From contig CAUYUJ010000206.1 in assembly GCA_963575745.1 (NCBI GenBank), positions 1-64,000 on the forward strand: a stretch of 64,000 bases of DNA. Reading direction: 5' to 3'. Source of the stretch: Prorocentrum cordatum (Eukaryota). The position numbers and the translations under genes were made by a program. Of the stretch, positions 58,245 through 64,000 are shown piece after piece. Under the pieces are notes generated by a model, which saw only the letters and a program-made list of their open reading frames with translations, was not told the origin of the DNA and ran no database searches. Position 1 is the first letter of the stretch. Each line of letters begins with the position of its first letter.

Positions 58245-60958
58245 TCAGGCGGACTGGCCCGTTCCTTGCGCAATGGCTGCGAAGACCTGCGACGGCAGCG
58301 CTTGCACCTCTCCCCCGAGGTCACCACTGCCGCCCGCCTGCCCTGGGGGCCCACAGATCCGGCGCTCGAGATCCTCACCGAGGGCCACGTTCAGGGCGGC
58401 GACATTTGGGATCTGCTGCGGGGGCGGGTCAGCCGGCGGCGGCGGCACCGCAGGGGGCGCCGTCAGCGGCGGCGGCGGCGGGGCCATGATGGCCGCCGGC
58501 GGGGCTCCAGCAGGCGGTGGTGGCGGGTCCTGGCTGCCGCGGGCCGAGCCAGCGGGGGGGGCACTGGCGGTGCGGACGGGAGTGGCACGCGGGGCGACCC
58601 CGGTACCACCCCCGCCGCCCGTGAGGCTGCCCTCCCGGAGGTTGTGGCGGCGCTCATAGGCCGCCAGTTCCTCGTGCGCGGTCGCCAGGCGCTGCCTCTT
58701 GGCCTTCTTCCACTGGTTCTTGGTGTAGCCCGCCCACTCTGGATCGTTCAGCCCCCAGGCAACCTGCGAGCACAAGTCGGACCACTGGAACTCGGGCAGT
58801 TTGTCCCAGGAGAGCCCGTCCATTAGCACGTAGTGGCCCTCCCACTGCGGTTGCTGCGGAGCGTAGCGCTTAAAGACGGTGCCCACCGCCAGCGGCTCGA
58901 CCTTGGGCAGGTGATTCAGGAGGTCCACAGCGCTGAGCACCGCTACCCCCTCCTTCTTGAGCCTGTCATAACGCAGCAGGGCCTTCAAGTCGCGGATATC
59001 CTCCTCGGGGAAGTCCGCGTGCATGTAGTACGCGCGGGGCGGGCTCTGCTCTTCCTCTATCATCTCGATGCAGACGCCGTAGGAGGTCGTGTAGCGCGCA
59101 CCACAATGGCAGTACCAGCGCTGGCCCGTCTCCCCCGCCGCCTCCTGCGCGCAGGTGAGCAGCTGCGTCCAGCGATCCGAGCGGATAACCGAGCAGCATC
59201 CTTTGGGATTGTCCCAGGTCTTGTTGACCGAGCACTTGTAGTACATGTTGAACGTAAAGCCCTTGCCACGGTAGAGCTGGTCCGTGTAGTCGCCCATCCG
59301 TCGGTGGGCCTCCTGCGCCATGGCGTTGCCCTGGCACTCCTCCTTCCGCGCACGCTCGTGTCCCAGGTGCGCGTCCACGACCCCCGAGGCCTCCAGGAGG
59401 CCCTTCTTCAGGCTGCCCACATCATCCTCTGCCTCCGCATTCAGCGCGTCGAGCCACTTCTGAACCCCGTCCTGCGCCTCCGCACCCTTCATCATGTCCT
59501 CTTTCTTCTCCAGGATGGGCCCCGGGCCTCCCAGCACGTGGGCGCGCATGGTCTCGAATTTGAGGACACCGCAGGCCCGCGCCATACGCTTCAGCGATTT
59601 CTTGGAGAGGCCGAGCCGCAGCAGGGGCTCGATATCCGCGACCTCCTCCACAGTCTTGGCGTTGACCAGCTGGCGCTCCCGGCCCTCAACGCTGTTGTCG
59701 AGCAGGGGGTCGGGGAGGGTCTGCGGCGCCAGGTCCATCTTCGAGGGGTGGAGGCGGCGCGCGGGGCGGCCCCGGCACCGCCTCCACCGCCATCGGGCGA
59801 CCGACCTCCTGCGCCACCGTCTCCGTGGCCGGGGGGGCGCCCGCGCTCTCGGGATCGATGCCCACCCCGACGCCTTCCGTCGCCCTCCGCAGGGCTAGCA
59901 AGCCGTCATTGGAGAGCGCGTACCCCACGAGTACGTCCATGCCCTCCTTGATGCTGTCGAAGCTCGCGCGGAACTTCGCCACGCGCTTGGCGGCGTGGTC
60001 GATGGAGCCAGCTCCTTTGTTCTGGCGCGCTGCGCGCGTCACAGCCTCGTGCTCGGTGATGCCCTGCGCCGCCGCCACGCAGTGCGAGCACGTGTACAGC
60101 TTGCATTGGCCTTGAACACCCCTCCGCAGCTTGGGGCACTGCGGGTTGTGCTCTGAAGCTTCGGTGTAGCGGCGCATTTCGCCACAGTTGAGCTCGTCCA
60201 CGTACTCTACCATCATGATCTTCCAGTCATCCAGCGCTGCGCATTCACGACGCCAGCCCAGGCGCTGCGGCGGGACCCAGTACGCACCCATGCAGTGAAC
60301 GTAGCCCGCCCCGACGTAGTCCACGTCCGTCATCATCTCAGCGCCCTCGAGCTCGGCGGCCGCGCCGCCGCTCGGTGGGGGGGCTTTGCCGTAGGGAGCC
60401 TCGTTGCTGCGATGGCGGTGGCGTTTGCCGCCGTGCTCGCTGAGGGCGCCCGTGGTCGCTGCACTCGGAGCCTCGCTGGCTGTCTCATCATCCATGAGGC
60501 GGCCGCCGTCGGCGTCGCTGCGCGCGCCTCGCCCGCCGTGGCCGCTCACAGCCTGCCCCCGCAGCTGGAGGTTGTGGAGCGCGAGGGTGATCGCGTCCAA
60601 CCCGCGGCGCTGCTCCGCGGTGAAGTTGGAGTAGGTGGCCGCCGCTGCCAGGGCCGCCTTCGTCACTGGCACCACCGCCGACGTGGGCATCGCCGATGGC
60701 TCAGCAGGCGCCTTGGCCGTCGCCGTGGGGGCACCGTCAGAGGCACCGTCAGAGGCAGCGGCACCGGGGGCGGCCCCCGCACCGCTGCCTCCGTCGGCAC
60801 CCTCGGCAGGCGTCGCCGATGCCGTAGGCAGCGTCGGCGCTGTCCGAAAAGTCGCCGCCTCCGACATCACGTCGAACCCCTCGCCCGAGATGTCGCTGCT
60901 CTCCGACGCGCTCACCTGCAGGCCAGGGCGCGGCGCAGGCCCCGCTTTGGGAGTGGGC
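58245..60958 (-). CDS. Intronless Cys-rich protein of unknown family, about 900 codons visible; one frameshift at about 59745; 5' end lost in the gap
   Basis: Two abutting long ORFs with natural composition; motifs HCM..EC, CPK..CKLYTCSHC, YYKC..GCCS, WYCHCGARY. Confidence 0.75.
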
Positions 60959-61058
60959 NNNNNNNNNNNNNNNNNNNNNNNNNNNNNNNNNNNNNNNNNN
61001 NNNNNNNNNNNNNNNNNNNNNNNNNNNNNNNNNNNNNNNNNNNNNNNNNNNNNNNNNN
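60959..61058. other. Assembly gap (100 N)
   Basis: Run of N. Confidence 0.99.
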
Positions 61059-61062
61059 CCAG

Positions 61063-61063
61063 G

Positions 61064-61101
<38 letters not shown>

Positions 61102-61236
61102 GACTACTACTACTACTACTACTGCTACTACTACAACTACTACTACCACTACCACTACCACTACGAATATAACGTCAATGCTAAGCATTAAAGTCATAGT
61201 AGAAGTAGTACACATAGCAGTAGTAGTAGTAGTCGC

Positions 61237-61276
<40 letters not shown>

Positions 61277-61401
61277 ATAGTAGTAGTAGTAATAGTAGTA
61301 GTAGTAGTAGTAGTAGTAGCAGCGGCAGTAATAGTAGCGGCACTGTCAGTTGTAATGGGAAAGAAGAAATTGTAATAGCAGTGGCAGTAGTAGTAGTAGT
61401 C

Positions 61402-61432
<31 letters not shown>

Positions 61433-61790
61433 CAGTAGCAGTCGTAGTAGTAGTCGTAGTAGTAGTAGTAGCAGTAGTAGTAGTAGTAGTCGTAGTAGTC
61501 GTAGTAGTAGTGTTAGTAGTATTGATCGCAGTAGTAGTAGTGGTACTAGTACTAGTTCTAGTACTAGTACTAGTAGTACTGGCCGTACTAGTGGTCGCCG
61601 TCGTAGAAGTAGTAGTAGGCGTACTCGTAGTAGTAGTGGTAGTAGTAGCAGTAGTTGCTGTTGTTGTTTTAGCATCAGTAGTAGTAGTAGTAGTAGCAGG
61701 AATAGTAGCAGTAGTAGCAGTAGTAGCAGTAGTAGCAGTCGTAGTCGTAGTCGTAGTCGTAGTCGTAGTCGTAGTCGTAGTCGTAGTCGT

Positions 61791-61864
<74 letters not shown>

Positions 61865-61975
61865 GAGTAGGAGTAGGAGTAGGAGTAGGAGTAGGAGTAG
61901 GAGTAGGAGTAGTAGTCGTAGTCGTAGTCTTAGTCGTAGTCGCAGTCGTAGTCGTAGGAGTCGCACTAGTAGTAG
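61063..61975. repeat. (CTA)n switching to (TAG)n / (TAGTCG)n microsatellite
   Basis: Directly visible; polarity flips at about 61165-61197. Confidence 0.96.
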
Positions 61976-63114
61976 CGAAGCGGCTCCGCGACGCCATGCG
62001 GGCTCACCCGATGGCGATCATCCAGGCCCCGAGGAACAGTAGGGAGGCCTTGCGGGCTGGGTCGTGCCGCCACCGCTTACCCCAGGCCCCCCGCCGCATT
62101 CTGCGGGGCCATGGAGACCGCTCACGGACTCCCGACAGCGGCGTCAGTGACGCCGATGAGCATATGCGGCGCACGGACTCCCGACAGCGGCGTCAGTGAC
62201 GCCGATGAGCATATGCGATGACAATGCTCTTGGCCGCCCAGCCCTGCCGTTCCGCTCAGGGCGAACCGCTCGGCGAACTGACCCTTGCGGCCACGCACGT
62301 CGCGAGCCTTGCCCCTGGGTCGATGCCCGCGGCCGCCGCGGTGACCGACTCAGGGGCGGCGGCAGGCGGCGGGTGGGTCGCTGGCGAGACGCCCCGTAGT
62401 TACCCATCTTCGCCCTGGGCGAAGGTCAGAACAGCCCCAACGCCAGCGGCCGGCGGTCGCAACAGCGCGAGCTCGGGCACGTGCTCGGGCAGTTCCTTGG
62501 GTCTGCCAGCTGCCGCCAAGGCTCACGCGATGGACCCGAGGCGGAGGCCATCCAGGCTTGCCTGCGTGGGAGCGCTCGCCAAGTCCACGCGCTGGAATGG
62601 CATTTCGGCGAGCCCCTGCCGCCGCTTTGCCAGCCGCTGCGCCTGCGCCACAGCCGCCCCGGGGGGACGGAGGCCCTGCCTGCGGCGCAGTCGCTTTTTC
62701 CCACGGCGGCACACCCCGGGCAGCGAGTTGGTGCAATCGGCGCTCTGCTGCCTGGCACATGTGGCACCCGCTCGCGAACGCGACCGTCCGCTCGGCGCGG
62801 AGGGCCGCCGCAGCGGCGCTGGCCAGTGAACCTCGCGGCCGCGGTCCACGAGGCCGTCCACCAACGATGGCACTTGGAGGAAGTGCAGACGGAGAACGAG
62901 CAGAAGAGGCAGCAGCCCATCGAAGTGTCCGCGTGGAAAGTCTTGGTATCGGCGCCGAGGTCCCAGGTCTCACTCAGGGGGCCTCCTCCTCCTCCGCCTC
63001 CTCCTCCTCCACTTGGTATCGGCCGAGGTTCCAGGTCTCACGCAGGGGGCCGCCGCCTCCTCCTCCTCCTCCTCCTCCTCCTCCTCCTCCTCCGCCTCCG
63101 CCTCCGCCTCCGCG

Positions 63115-63136
63115 TCCGTAGCCATTTTGGCTCAAG
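63115..63136 (+). other. Second exact DinoSL, directly after (CCT)n/(CCTCCG)n
   Basis: TCCGTAGCCATTTTGGCTCAAG, 22/22; not followed by GT. Confidence 0.97.
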
Positions 63137-63187
63137 CCTGCTTGGGCGCCAGGCGGGCTGTTGCTGCCCCCTGCCGCGGCTCGGGCG

Positions 63188-64000
63188 ATGGCGGCGGTCC
63201 TTCCCCTCGTCGGGGAGCAGGTGGCGTTGCTTGCGCCGCTGGTGCAGGCGGCAGCTGCAGGGGCTGCTGAAGGCGGCGGCGGGCGGCAGGTGGTGGCCGC
63301 CGCTGTCGCTTCGGCCCTTCGCGTGGGCGCTTCTCTCCTCGCCCCGCGCCTGGCTTCCGAGGTGGACGAGGAGGTGGCGGCAAGGGAGCAGCTTGGAAGG
63401 CCCCACCTGACCGAGATGGTGCGGGCGGGCCGCGAAGGCGTCGTGGCTCGGCCCTCTGGGGCTAGTCGCGCCTTCCGCGGCTGGGCCCAGCACGCCGATT
63501 TCGGCGCAGGGCCGCAGGCGGTGCCCACCACGGCGGCCGAGGCCCGGCGCCGGGCGCGTGGCCGCCGTCGTGGGGCTGGCGGTGCAGCGTCGGCTCCCAC
63601 CACGGACGACCTGGAGGACGAGAAGGAGGAGCTGCAGGAGAAGGTCTCAGTGCACCCTTGCGCTCAGCCGATGGGGGAGCTGATGAAGAAGGACCTCATG
63701 TGCGCCCCTGGATGCCAGGCCACCCTGGAGGTCAGGGCGGTGGGGTCGGCCATTGACGAGCTGGTCCTGGAGAACACTCGGCTGTTCATGGGGGAGACCA
63801 AGCGCGACTCTGAGAAGCTCGTCGTGAAGGACTCCAAGGAGAAGCGGCTGCCGCTGACCGTCAGCGCTGCCAAGCAGATGGTCTTGGGCACCGCGTGCGC
63901 CGTGAAGATGCTGGAGCCCCAGCTGGCGGAGGCCCGATCCGCGCACGAGGCCGCCTGCAGGGCGGTCCTCGGCGCGGGCTTCGTGTCGTCGCAGCTGTTC
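63188..64000 (+). CDS. 5' part of an SL-headed intronless ORF (at least 271 codons, open to window end); possible ORF1 of another retroelement or a retrogene
   Basis: First ATG 51 nt after the SL: MAAVLPLVGEQVALLAPLVQ...GFVSSQLF; absent from the ORF track because no stop falls inside the window. Confidence 0.75.
   Translation, partial: MAAVLPLVGEQVALLAPLVQAAAAGAAEGGGGRQVVAAAVASALRVGASLLAPRLASEVDEEVAAREQLGRPHLTEMVRAGREGVVARPSGASRAFRGWAQHADFGAGPQAVPTTAAEARRRARGRRRGAGGAASAPTTDDLEDEKEELQEKVSVHPCAQPMGELMKKDLMCAPGCQATLEVRAVGSAIDELVLENTRLFMGETKRDSEKLVVKDSKEKRLPLTVSAAKQMVLGTACAVKMLEPQLAEARSAHEAACRAVLGAGFVSSQLF

Noticed and set aside
58833..59951. Long + strand ORF opposite the Cys-rich gene, and similar antisense ORFs within the LINE and copia
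   Set aside because: Antisense shadow ORFs are expected from GC3-rich coding sequence, and no motifs are visible.
60959..61215. N-terminus of ORF 59686-61215 (poly-V and X)
   Set aside because: It reads through an assembly gap and a microsatellite; the true start is unknown.
1..64000. tRNA or rRNA genes
   Set aside because: No cloverleaf or rRNA signature recognised; the only tRNA-related sequence is the PBS.

Overview
Eukaryotic, GC-rich, microsatellite-dense genomic DNA, almost certainly from a dinoflagellate: it carries two exact copies of the 22-nt dinoflagellate spliced leader (DinoSL, DCCGTAGCCATTTTGGCTCAAG). Most ORFs in the supplied track are translations of simple repeats. The recognisable coding content is retroelements. 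(1) A near full-length LINE (18331-24973; ORF1 with zinc finger and coiled coil, ORF2 with APE, RT, RNase H and zinc fingers) starts with a perfect SL and sits in (CCT)n. (2) A young Ty1/copia element (37021-46601) has 199-bp LTRs containing an SL-like 21-mer, a C5 cytosine methyltransferase domain in its polyprotein, and a separate 364-codon ORF overprinted inside the polyprotein. (3) A decayed LINE (about 49530-51720) has RNase H motifs in circularly permuted order. (4) An intronless Cys-rich ORF of unknown family lies on the minus strand between (CTA)n tracts. (5) A second SL-headed ORF after (CCT)n runs off the window end. The rest is a diverged satellite, several MITE, hAT-like and Helentron-like non-autonomous elements, a possible SINE-like family, and scattered candidate small exons. 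The unifying hypothesis (inference) is that these retroelements exploit SL trans-splicing and pyrimidine microsatellites for expression. All domain calls come from reading motifs by eye, not from database searches.
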